In this document: one piece after another, positions 1 to 8,732 of the stretch | Layout: each line of letters starts with the position of its first letter | Position numbering within the stretch: the stretch's first letter is position 1 | Assembly (NCBI GenBank): GCA_016218815.1 | Contig: JACRCX010000097.1 | Coordinates: forward strand, 25,566 to 89,565 | Length of the DNA stretch: 64,000 nt | Origin: Deltaproteobacteria bacterium | GTDB lineage: Bacteria > Myxococcota_A > Polyangia > DRWM01 > JAAZOP01 | Reading direction: 5' to 3' | Position numbers and translations under genes: made by a program | Notes under the pieces: generated by a model | Told to the model about the DNA's origin: nothing | Seen by the model: only the letters and a program-made list of their open reading frames with translations | Databases searched by the model: none

Positions 1-393
1 GGCATTCGCGGACGCATCGGAAGTCCCCGGACCCGGCCCGCCCCAGGGCACGCCCCACGACCCGGTGACGACCTCCTTGTCGGTCCGGTGCGAGACGGAG
101 AAGTCGTGCCCGGCCGCACGAGCCGCGGCGTCGGCGGACGTGCCGGCGCTGTTCGTGGCTCCCGTCGCGAAGTGAAGAATGACCCACAAGATCGCGGCAC
201 AACCAACCAGGATTGCGGCGAATCCGAAGAGGACGACGGGGCGGAAGACGGTGCCCTTCGCGGCCGGCGCCCGGAGAGAAGGTTGAGGGAACGGTGCGGC
301 GGTGGGCGCGGCCGCAGGGGCGGCCTGCGGTTCCGTCGCGGTCGCCGCGGGTTTCTCGCCCTGCTCGCCATCCGCCGGTTCCAAGTTCGTCAT
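1..393 (-). CDS. Hypothetical membrane-anchored protein, runs off the window start
   Basis: Own translation from ATG at 393 (MTNLEPADGEQGEKPAA...VVLFGFAAILVGCAAILWVILHF...), open to base 1, GGGAGG upstream, one hydrophobic segment. Confidence 0.6.
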   Translation of the reverse strand, partial: MTNLEPADGEQGEKPAATATEPQAAPAAAPTAAPFPQPSLRAPAAKGTVFRPVVLFGFAAILVGCAAILWVILHFATGATNSAGTSADAAARAAGHDFSVSHRTDKEVVTGSWGVPWGGPGPGTSDASANA

Positions 394-491
394 CTCGGTT
401 CGCCTCCCACGGCGCGGAGGCTTCCTACGAACAAGCAGGCTGGGCGATCCGGGTCTGGTCCGACGTTGTTCCTGTCTTGCCCGTCTTGCCC

Positions 492-570
492 TTTTCCCGG
501 TCTGCTCAGCGTCTGTCTCAGCGCCCTCAGCGTCTCAGCGGTAAGTCGGATCTCCGCGCGCTCCCTCCCC
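492..570. repeat. Intergenic CTCAGCG-type dispersed repeat, copy 1
   Basis: ctcagcgtctgtctcagcgccctcagcgtctcagcggtaagtcggatctc closely matches the copies at 61713-61791 (inverted) and 62031-62109. Confidence 0.85.
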
Positions 571-2595
571 TCAGTGCCCTCCCAGCTTGGCCCTCCACGA
601 ATCCCAGTACATGTATCCGCACAGCGCGACGAAGGTGCCCAGGCCGAGCCAGTTGCCGAAGGAGCCGACGTTGCCGATGTCGGGGACGATGTGGGCGCCG
701 GTCTGGACCTCGAGCCAGCGCAGGAGGGCGGTCAGGACGCCAATCATCGCGCCGCCGGCGATCAGGCCGGAGGAGACGAGCAGGCCGCGGTCGTAGCGGG
801 CCTGGCCGAGCTTCTCGTTCTCTTTGCCGGCGCTCTTCTTCACGAAGTGCGCGACGAGGGCGCCGAAGATGATCGGCGAGTTGTACTCGATCGGGATGTA
901 CATCCCCAGGGCCACGGCCAGGGCGGAGACGCCGAGCATCTCGATCAGCACCGCGATCACGGCGCCGATGCCGTAGAGGAACCACGGCACGTGAGCCGAC
1001 TGCATCACGCTCCGGGCGACCTCGGCCATCGCGTTGGGCTGCGGTGCGGGCAGCAGGTTGCGGTTCTCGAAGCCGTACACCTTGTCGAACAGCAGGATGA
1101 CGGCGGTGACGACGACGGCGGAGACGATCGAGGCCAGGATGTTGCCCCACTGGATGTACTTGGGCGTCGAGCCGAGCCAGTAGCCCATCTTGAACTGGGT
1201 GACCAGCGAACCGGTCATGGAGAGCGCCGTGCAGACCACGCCGCCGATGAGCAGCATGGCCAGCATCCCCAGGTCGCCCTTGAGGCCCAGGCGGGTGAGG
1301 ATGAGCGCGGAGAGCAGCAGCGTCGTGAGCGTCATGCCGGAGATGGGGGTGACGCTGATCATCGCGATGGCCCAGGCGGAGACGGCGGCGAAGAGGAACG
1401 ACACGAGGTAGATCATGACCACCGACACCGTGGTCACGGCGTTCGGACTGCCGACGTCGGGCAGCACCGAGAACCGGATGTAGAACCAGAGGATGGCGGC
1501 GATGCCGAGCATCATGAGCACGACGGTCTTCATCGGGATGTCGCGATCGATGCGCGGAACCGCCGGCTGCTCCGCGTTCGGGTCGCGCTTCCTGAACATC
1601 TCCCCAAAAGCCTTGCCGAACGCCTGGCCGATGATCGGCAGCATGCGGATGATGGAGATGATGCCCGCGGCAAAGATGGCGCCGATGCCGATCTTGCGCG
1701 CGTAGTTGTCGAACAGGTCCACCGCCGACTGGCAGGCCAGGAGCGGGTCGCCGGGCTGGATCGGGACGGCCATGAACTGGCCCAGGTGGGCGAAGATCGG
1801 CACGATGACGAAGCAGGACAACATCGAGCCGGCGAGGATCATCGCGGCGTAGCGCACGCCGATGAGGTACCCCAGCCCCGCGATGGCGGCCGTGGTGTTG
1901 AGCGCGAAGATCGCCTTCACCTTGTGGGTCAGCGGCGAGAGGAACCCCACCGCCTCCGTCGTGAAGTTCTCGGCCCAGGCCCGCACGGCCACCAGGGCGT
2001 CGTACACGCCGCCGATGATCATCGACTGCACCAGCACCATCGCCTGGCTGCCGCCCTTCTCGCCCGCGACCAGCACCTCGGTCGTCGCCGTCGCCTCGGG
2101 GAAGGGCAGCTTCCCGTGCATCTCCGCCACGAAGTAGCGACGGAACGGGATGAGGAAGAGCACACCGAGGACCGCGCCCAGGAGCGGCACGACGAAGATC
2201 TGGAAGAAGCTCGAATGCTCCTCGATGCCGAGGATATAGATCGCCGGCATCACGAACACGCTGCCGCCGACGATGATGCCGCTGGTGGCCCCCAGGACCA
2301 CGATGTTCACGTTCTCCAGGAGCGTGCTCTTGCGCTTGAAGAGCTGCGAGAGTCCGATGGCCAGGATGGCGATCGGGATCGCCGCCTCCAGGCCCTGCCC
2401 GAGCTTGAGCGTCAGGTAGGCGACGGCGGCCGAAAAGAAGACCGCCATCCCCAGACCGATGACGATCGAGCGCCGGGTCACCTCCGGAACGTTCTTCTCG
2501 TCGGGGATCGTCGGGACGTACTTCTCGCCGTCCTTCAACTCGCGAAACGCATTCTCCGGGAGACCCACCACGGGCTTCGTCGGCTGCTCGTCCAT
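571..2595 (-). CDS. OPT family oligopeptide transporter
   Basis: 674 aa polytopic membrane protein with PEVTRRS, AYLTLKLG, LLENVNIV, KLPFPEATAT, K.GYWLGSTP..Q and PAPQ motifs. Confidence 0.92.
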   Translation of the reverse strand: MDEQPTKPVVGLPENAFRELKDGEKYVPTIPDEKNVPEVTRRSIVIGLGMAVFFSAAVAYLTLKLGQGLEAAIPIAILAIGLSQLFKRKSTLLENVNIVVLGATSGIIVGGSVFVMPAIYILGIEEHSSFFQIFVVPLLGAVLGVLFLIPFRRYFVAEMHGKLPFPEATATTEVLVAGEKGGSQAMVLVQSMIIGGVYDALVAVRAWAENFTTEAVGFLSPLTHKVKAIFALNTTAAIAGLGYLIGVRYAAMILAGSMLSCFVIVPIFAHLGQFMAVPIQPGDPLLACQSAVDLFDNYARKIGIGAIFAAGIISIIRMLPIIGQAFGKAFGEMFRKRDPNAEQPAVPRIDRDIPMKTVVLMMLGIAAILWFYIRFSVLPDVGSPNAVTTVSVVMIYLVSFLFAAVSAWAIAMISVTPISGMTLTTLLLSALILTRLGLKGDLGMLAMLLIGGVVCTALSMTGSLVTQFKMGYWLGSTPKYIQWGNILASIVSAVVVTAVILLFDKVYGFENRNLLPAPQPNAMAEVARSVMQSAHVPWFLYGIGAVIAVLIEMLGVSALAVALGMYIPIEYNSPIIFGALVAHFVKKSAGKENEKLGQARYDRGLLVSSGLIAGGAMIGVLTALLRWLEVQTGAHIVPDIGNVGSFGNWLGLGTFVALCGYMYWDSWRAKLGGH

Positions 2596-2923
2596 GGCCG
2601 CGCAGCCTACCAGACTCGGACCGCGCCGGTCGACGGATCAAGCGGACACACGGCTCCCCGATTTGGTGGGACTTGGTTTTGGGTGGGTTGGATCGGGGTA
2701 CGATCCGAGAACGTAGAGTTGTGAACTATCCTGTTGCGGGAGCCGTGTCGGAACACGCCGGGATCGGCGCGCGCAGCGCCGCGGCACCGCTTGTGCCGGC
2801 GCGCACCCGCGACCATCCCGGTTCGTGCGCCATGCAAACGAGCGTCCTGCGGCCCGGGATCGCCAACGCGACCCGCCGCCGTGCCGGACTCCATTGCCGC
2901 CAGAACGCTCGCATCGTCAAACC

Positions 2924-3331
2924 TCAGTTCAGGTCGGCCTGCCGCGCCTCCTCCTGGGGCGCCATCCCGAGCAGGTCGGTCTCGATGATCTCCTCGTAGT
3001 AGTGCTGTCCGCGCAGCCCGACGACGCGCTCGAGAATCTTCCCGTCCTTGATGAACAGCGCCGTCGGAGTGGCCGCCACACCCATCGCCGCCACCGCCCG
3101 CGGCGCCGTCTCGACGTTGAGGTGGGTCACCTTCACCCGCCCCTCGTACTTGCACGTCAGCTTGCGCATGGTCGGCACGAGCGCCCGGCAGGGCTGGCAG
3201 CCGGGAGACCAGACGTCGACGACCACGGGCAGTTCGGAGTCGACAACCTCGGTCTTGAAATTCTCGTCTGTCAGCGCGACTGGCTCGGTCTCGCACCCGC
3301 CTTCCAGCCCCAACCATCCGAGAATACCCAT
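2924..3331 (-). CDS. Thioredoxin family protein
   Basis: LTDENFKTEVVDSELPVVVDVWSPGCQPC; ATG at 3331 with GGAGG RBS; start trimmed from ORF 2924..4312. Confidence 0.88.
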   Translation of the reverse strand: MGILGWLGLEGGCETEPVALTDENFKTEVVDSELPVVVDVWSPGCQPCRALVPTMRKLTCKYEGRVKVTHLNVETAPRAVAAMGVAATPTALFIKDGKILERVVGLRGQHYYEEIIETDLLGMAPQEEARQADLN

Positions 3332-3375
3332 CGCCGACCTCCACCTGTGCGAACTCAACGGCCGGTCGATGGCTA

Positions 3376-3391
3376 CACAAGATCGGTGCCA
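3376..3391 (-). promoter_or_regulatory. Possible sigma54 promoter for the thioredoxin gene
   Basis: TGGCACCGATCTTGTG on the minus strand; good -24 box, but -12 is GT instead of GC. Confidence 0.3.
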
Positions 3392-3489
3392 GAGTGGACA
3401 ACCGAACAGTATCGGACGGTTGGAGCGCGCAAGGTACGACCGGATTGTCCCGCGGCGAGACAGGCGAGACGGATCGGGACGTCGAACGT

Positions 3490-4854
3490 TCAGTCCGTTT
3501 CCAGGATCAGGTCCTGCGGGTTCGCAGGGTCCACTCGGACGGGGACGGCGGCGCCGGGCTGGAACTGGGCGGCCGCCATCGGCGAAAGCAGGAGCTTGGT
3601 GCTCGCCTGGTACGGCGCGACCCCCTCCAACTCGACCTGGAGGTGCAGCCGGACCTGCGGCACGTTGTTGATGCTGACACCGGTGGATTCGATTCCGAGA
3701 ACCCTTCCGGTGGCGCGCTTCCCGTGCAGGCGCAGCCGAGCCGCGCGCTTGCCGGAGGCGCGCATGGGGAGGCCGACCATCAGCATCACCAGGCCGGCGA
3801 TGCCCGGTCCAAGCGCCCAGGAGTAGCCCATCATCCCGCCCCCGGAGGAACCGGCGACGACGGCGGCGCCCGCGCCGAGCAGCATCAGGATGCCGAACCC
3901 GACGAGGAAGGTGCCGACGCCCCCACCCTGGGACGCCGCGGCATGATGTCCGGCCTCGGCGGCGTGGGCCGCGTTGGCCGCGGGAAAGCTGGCGGCGCAC
4001 CAGCTCCACTCCGCGTTCGCCTGCAGGATCTGTTCGATCGTCTGGCGACCGCGCGCACCGGCCTTCTGCATCGTCTCCTGGAGCACGACGACCGCGCCTT
4101 GGAGCTGCCCCGCGCGTTCCCAGGCGTTGGCACGAAGGATGGCGGCGAGGATGTCGTAGGCGTCCATGATCGGGACGTCGGTGTTGTTGGGGCCCAGCGC
4201 CTGGAGCACGCGGTTCCAGTCCTGGCGCGCGGTGGCGATGAAGGCGACCGAAAGCCGGAACGAGCTGTCGGACTCGAGATCCTCCGGCTGCGGATCGCAC
4301 ATGCTCAGCCACCGCTCGGCCGATGCCAGATCACCCATCTTGGCGGCATTGCGGCTGAGGAACCCGAGCATCATCTGGCGGTGACGGGGCAGCGTGAAGG
4401 CCTCGAGCGCGGTCTCGAACATCGCGCGCTGGCGCACGAGGTCCTTGCCCATCGAGAAGATGTTGGAAAGCGCCATCGTGAGGAAGAGCAGCCGCTCCGC
4501 CGCCTCGTAGCTCCCGGTCGCCCGCACCTCGTTGCGCGAGCCCTGCCAGACGGCGAGCGCCTCCTGCATGCGGTGGGGCGGGATCTCGCCTCCGGGACCG
4601 AACAATCCCTGCAGGGCGGGCGGAGGCATGAGGGGCTTGCCGTCCTGCGAGCGCAGCGACTGGAGGCGCTGCGCCTCGTTGACCGGCGGCCGATGCGCGA
4701 GGTCGACGAGCGCGCTTTCGTTGCGTGTCGCGATCTGGTTCACCGTGCCGCAGTACTGGCACGGGACGTTTCCCCCCGCCGACGCGACCTGCAGGGGTGC
4801 CCCGCAGGTGTTGCACATGAGCATCCGGACCCCGTAGCTGAACGTCGTGTTCAT
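3490..4854 (-). CDS. Zinc-ribbon + helical (TPR-like) + 2 TM + DUF3592-like membrane protein
   Basis: N-terminal CNTC...CQYC, helical core, two TM segments, C-terminal G..V.VRVDPANP. Confidence 0.75.
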   Translation of the reverse strand: MNTTFSYGVRMLMCNTCGAPLQVASAGGNVPCQYCGTVNQIATRNESALVDLAHRPPVNEAQRLQSLRSQDGKPLMPPPALQGLFGPGGEIPPHRMQEALAVWQGSRNEVRATGSYEAAERLLFLTMALSNIFSMGKDLVRQRAMFETALEAFTLPRHRQMMLGFLSRNAAKMGDLASAERWLSMCDPQPEDLESDSSFRLSVAFIATARQDWNRVLQALGPNNTDVPIMDAYDILAAILRANAWERAGQLQGAVVVLQETMQKAGARGRQTIEQILQANAEWSWCAASFPAANAAHAAEAGHHAAASQGGGVGTFLVGFGILMLLGAGAAVVAGSSGGGMMGYSWALGPGIAGLVMLMVGLPMRASGKRAARLRLHGKRATGRVLGIESTGVSINNVPQVRLHLQVELEGVAPYQASTKLLLSPMAAAQFQPGAAVPVRVDPANPQDLILETD

Positions 4855-4887
4855 GGTTCACTCCTCAGGGCATTCCGTTCGGCGGCA

Positions 4888-6393
4888 CTACAGGCAGAAT
4901 CCCGTGCCGTCCGGCTGGGGCCGGCAGGTCGTGCCGGCCGGACAGGGAGCGGCCGCCCACGCCCCGCCCGTGCACGTGCGCACGCCCGACCCGCCCGGAT
5001 CGCAGACGATCGAGCCGCCGTGGATGGTCGCGCGCATGTCGTCGCAGTCCGTCCCGGTCACCGCCCAACCCGCCGTCGCCGGGCACTTCATCGCGGGGCA
5101 GCCCGGGTCTCCGTCACCGTCCCCGTCCCGGTCGCGGTACTGGGCCACCAGGACGCCGTCGTCGACCAGGCCGTTGCAGTCGTCGTCGTAGCCGTTGCAC
5201 GCCTCGACGTTGCTCGGGTTGCTGCTCGCGCGGTGGTCGTCGCAGTCGTCGCCGCACCACCAGACGCCGAAGGTGTCGATGTTGCAGCAGCCTGCATCCA
5301 CGAAGCCGTCGGCGTCGGCGTCCTGCGCGACGAAGGGGTTGTCGAAGGTGCGCGGATTGCAGTCCTCGTCGAGCAGACCGCCGAGGTCGCACAACTCGGG
5401 GTTGCCGGGAAAGGCGAACCGGTTCGTGTCATCGCAGTCGTCGCCGCCCGACGCGATGGACGAGTGGCCGTCGCCGTCCGCATCGATCCGGCACCGGCCA
5501 CCGATGCAGACCTCGATCACGGTCGCGGCGATGCCGTCGTCGCAATCCGAGTTCGCCGTGCAGGCCGCCGCGCAGCGGTTGAGCCCCTCGAGACAGATCT
5601 GCGGCGGCGTGCACGAGATGGCGAACAGCTCGCACCGGGCCGCGCTCGTGTTGCAGAACTCGAGACCGTTGCAGTACAGGCCGTCGTCGCACTGGCTCGC
5701 GTCCGTGCAGCTACAGGCGTCCTCGGCCTCGACGCACCGGCTCGGATCGCAAGGGGGCGGCCCGCCATCGCAGCCCCCCAGATGGCAGCGCTCGACCCCG
5801 TTGCAGTACAGGCCGTCGTCGACGCAGGCGGCGGGCGTGCAGCTGCAGCCGCCGAGAGACTCGAGGCAGCGCGCGCCCCCGCCGCACGTGACGGCCGTGC
5901 CCGGCCGGCAGAGGCCGTCCGCATCGCAGGTCTCGGCGCCGTTGCACGCCGTGCCGTCGTCGCAGTCCGCGCTCCCGGTGCAGGCCGCCGGCAGCGCGTC
6001 GCAGCGCGGCGGCGTGCAGCCCAGCGCGGCCTCGTCGCACGCGCCCGCGCACGGCGGCGTGCCCGCGAGGCAGCCGCGCGCGTCCGCGCCCGCGGTCCCG
6101 GGCGCGCACGCCTCGTAGCCGTTGCAGAACACCCCGTCCTGGCAGTCCGCCGGAGAGCCGCACGACGCGGCCCCGTCGTCGTCGACCTCGCCGCCGCCCT
6201 CGGCATCGTCGCCGCTCCCGGCATCCTCGCCACCCTCGGCATCGCCCGCGCTTTCCGCTCCGTCGCCATCCGCGGCGCCGTCGTCGGCCCCGACCACGTC
6301 GGCATCGCCGCCGCCCTCGGTCGGCTCGGCGCCGCCGGAGCAGGCGCTCATCGCGAGCGCGACCACGATCGCGACCGCATTTCCGTTCGTCAT
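4888..6393 (-). CDS. Cys-rich lipoprotein with MopE-type putative metal-binding repeats
   Basis: Lipobox AMSAC, acidic linker, repeated C.DG..CNG.E.C units, then DADGDG...DCDD...E.C motifs. Confidence 0.8.
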   Translation of the reverse strand: MTNGNAVAIVVALAMSACSGGAEPTEGGGDADVVGADDGAADGDGAESAGDAEGGEDAGSGDDAEGGGEVDDDGAASCGSPADCQDGVFCNGYEACAPGTAGADARGCLAGTPPCAGACDEAALGCTPPRCDALPAACTGSADCDDGTACNGAETCDADGLCRPGTAVTCGGGARCLESLGGCSCTPAACVDDGLYCNGVERCHLGGCDGGPPPCDPSRCVEAEDACSCTDASQCDDGLYCNGLEFCNTSAARCELFAISCTPPQICLEGLNRCAAACTANSDCDDGIAATVIEVCIGGRCRIDADGDGHSSIASGGDDCDDTNRFAFPGNPELCDLGGLLDEDCNPRTFDNPFVAQDADADGFVDAGCCNIDTFGVWWCGDDCDDHRASSNPSNVEACNGYDDDCNGLVDDGVLVAQYRDRDGDGDGDPGCPAMKCPATAGWAVTGTDCDDMRATIHGGSIVCDPGGSGVRTCTGGAWAAAPCPAGTTCRPQPDGTGFCL

Positions 6394-6511
6394 GTGGAAC
6401 CTGTTTCGGGCAGGACTTGATTCTCTCGGCAAGAAACCCCCTGTCACGAAGGGGAGTAGAGCACGGCCGGCAAGGTACCGCAACCGAGGCAGCCGCGTTC
6501 AGACGCCGGGA

Positions 6512-6578
6512 CGCCCCAGGTCCGGAAAGATCTCGACCAGCCGCGCCAGCCGCGCCGCGGCGTCCGCGGGATGCCGCC
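6512..6578. repeat. Direct repeat, left copy (displaced 3' end of the methyltransferase gene)
   Basis: 67 bp matching 15580-15646 with 3 mismatches; the minus strand reads RHPADAAARLARLVEIFPDLGR. Confidence 0.92.
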
Positions 6579-7097
6579 GTTCGACTCGGCACCGCATTTG
6601 GCTCCGCACAACATGGCGCGTCTCTTGGGCTCGTGGTATGCTTCGTCCGTCTTCCGACGCGTTCGTGGCCGCGGTCCGGGTGGGGGCCCGCGATTTCGCG
6701 TTCGCGTGTGGGGGCGGCGAGACGACGATGTCGATACGGGAAGACGAACGCGAGCCGGACCGGATCGAGACCGGTGATCGCGTGCGCGAGTCGGAGCCTG
6801 CGTGCACTGCTGCGCCGGTCGGTCCGCAACTCGCGCGGCAGGTGCCCGCCGCGGTAGCCGCGGCCTGCCCGCGCGCCCGTCATCGGGGCCGTGGGGCCTC
6901 GGCCAGCTCGGCGATGCGGCCCCTACCCGTGAGCCGCGGCGCCGAGTTGGAACCACGGACGACGCCTGGTGCGCGCCGCAGCCCTCACGAACAAGAGGTG
7001 AACCTGGCGACCGGTCGAAGGTGGGTGCCCCCCCCCACAGTGTCCTACCTCGGATGACGAGTACCTGAGCCGGGTCCTGCTTGGACGCAGTCGGGTC

Positions 7098-8045
7098 ATG
7101 GATGAAGTCCGCGGGTTCGTGCGCCGGGCGGCCGAACTGCACGAGCCGGTGCTGGTGCTGGGCCAAACGGGGACGGGGAAGAACGTGGTCGCGCGCGCCA
7201 TACACGATTGTGGTCCCCGGCGGGACGGGCCGTTCGTGACCGTGACCTGCCCCAATATTCCGCCGACGCTGATCGAGGGCCAGCTCTTCGGCTATCGGAG
7301 GGGAGCGTTCACAGGCGCCACGAGCGACCATCCCGGCCTCCTGGCGTCGGCGCAGGGTGGGACGGTGTTCCTGGACGAAATTGGCGCTCTGCCGATGGAG
7401 CTGCAGCGCAAGCTGTTGCACGCGGTCGAGGAGCGCCGCGTGCTCCCCCTGGGGGCCGTACGCGAGGTGCAGTTCGACGCACGCATCGTGGCGGCGACGA
7501 ACCGTGATCTGCGTGCCGCCGTGGAGGAAGGCGCATTCGCAGAGGACCTCTACTACCGTCTCGCAGTGTTGTGCCTAGAGCTGCCGCCCGTGCGCGAACG
7601 TCTCGCCGACATCGTGCCGTTGTTCGAGGTGTTCCTGGATCGGGCCGCGCGCCAGCAGGGACGTGCGCCGCCGGCGCTGACCGCTGCGGCGATCGCATGC
7701 TTGGCCCGCTACGGCTGGCCGGGAAACGTCCGGGAGGTGTGCAACTGCGCGCATCGAGTCGTCGCGTTCGGGCGGACTGACGAGGTGCGCCCGTGCGACC
7801 TGCCGGTGGAAATCGCGGGCGACGCAGACGACGCCGCGGCGGGCGGCGGCACGAACCACGGGCAGTCCGGCGTCCGGACGCTCGCCCAGTGGGAGGCCGT
7901 GCACATCGTGGACACGATGAAGCTGGCAGGAGGCGTCCGCCGCGTCGCGGCGAATCTGCTGGGCATCAGCCTCAAGACGCTGGGGCGGAAGCTCCGCGCC
8001 GCAGGGAGGCTCGGGGTAGCGGGATCGGACGGAGCAGGCGAATGA
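7098..8045 (+). CDS. Sigma54-dependent transcriptional activator (AAA+ and HTH, no sensor domain; true 5' end may be frameshifted)
   Basis: GQTGTGKN, GAFTGA, VFLDEIG, AATNRDL, DLYYRL, WPGNVRE, C-terminal AANLLGISLKTL. Confidence 0.92.
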   Translation: MDEVRGFVRRAAELHEPVLVLGQTGTGKNVVARAIHDCGPRRDGPFVTVTCPNIPPTLIEGQLFGYRRGAFTGATSDHPGLLASAQGGTVFLDEIGALPMELQRKLLHAVEERRVLPLGAVREVQFDARIVAATNRDLRAAVEEGAFAEDLYYRLAVLCLELPPVRERLADIVPLFEVFLDRAARQQGRAPPALTAAAIACLARYGWPGNVREVCNCAHRVVAFGRTDEVRPCDLPVEIAGDADDAAAGGGTNHGQSGVRTLAQWEAVHIVDTMKLAGGVRRVAANLLGISLKTLGRKLRAAGRLGVAGSDGAGE

Positions 8046-8060
8046 CCGGCGGGAGAGCGC

Positions 8061-8732
8061 TCATTCCGAAGCGACCGTGGTGTAGATGTCGTATTCCTCC
8101 CAGGCCAGGAACCCGGCCAGCGCTACGTCGAGGCAAACGAGACTGACGGGGAACTCCGAGTCGACGGCCGAGTCGATCCAGACGCCGATGAGCCATCCCA
8201 GCACCCCGGCACCAAAACGCAGGAAGGCCAGGCCCACACCGTGAGCAACGTCGCCCACCAAGTAGTAGGGCAGCTCGGTCGGCAAGGCGCTCGCGGCCAT
8301 GAGCGCGATGCCCGACCAATACAGGTTCGGCGACGTGTCGGCCAGCATGAGCGCCTGACCGGTCGCGAAGACAGGCACGGTGAGGCCGAGCGACAACCAG
8401 ACGGAGGCACCCGGGCTCAACGGCAGGTCGTCGGCCGCCCGCTGTCCAGGCGGGTTCGCATCCGGTGCGGTTGCGTCGAGCCCACCCGAAGGCTCGGTGG
8501 CGGCCTGAGCGGCTGCGGGCGATGAGCAGACCGCGGCAACCAAGACCGATGCGAGGAGTGCAAGGCGTGCATGGTGCAGGCGGCTGCCAAGCGATGAGTT
8601 CCCCAGCCGGCACGCTCCCGTTCTCAGCCTAGCGTCCCCCGCTCCCGGGCTCGGGCAGGTCGCAATCCCAGACAGGATAGATTTCTGATCTGCGGTCCAG
8701 TTCGAACGCCAGCAGGACCCCGTAGCTGCCAT
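8061..8732 (-). CDS. Hypothetical signal-peptide/membrane protein (start uncertain, probably near 8580-8630)
   Basis: Signal-like LALLASVLVAAVCSSPAAAQA followed by about four hydrophobic segments; directly follows the propeller lipoprotein gene. Confidence 0.5.
   Translation of the reverse strand: MAATGSCWRSNWTADQKSILSGIATCPSPGAGDARLRTGACRLGNSSLGSRLHHARLALLASVLVAAVCSSPAAAQAATEPSGGLDATAPDANPPGQRAADDLPLSPGASVWLSLGLTVPVFATGQALMLADTSPNLYWSGIALMAASALPTELPYYLVGDVAHGVGLAFLRFGAGVLGWLIGVWIDSAVDSEFPVSLVCLDVALAGFLAWEEYDIYTTVASE

Noticed and set aside
88..2724. 878-aa plus-strand ORF
   Set aside because: Antisense shadow of the OPT transporter; stop-codon scarcity at high GC; no recognisable motifs
2726..2920. 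64-aa ORF downstream of the thioredoxin gene
   Set aside because: Position is plausible, but it is Arg-rich with no motif or clear RBS, so it cannot be supported
6580..7000. Possible integrase remnant at the island's left end
   Set aside because: No tyrosine or serine recombinase or transposase motifs in any listed frame
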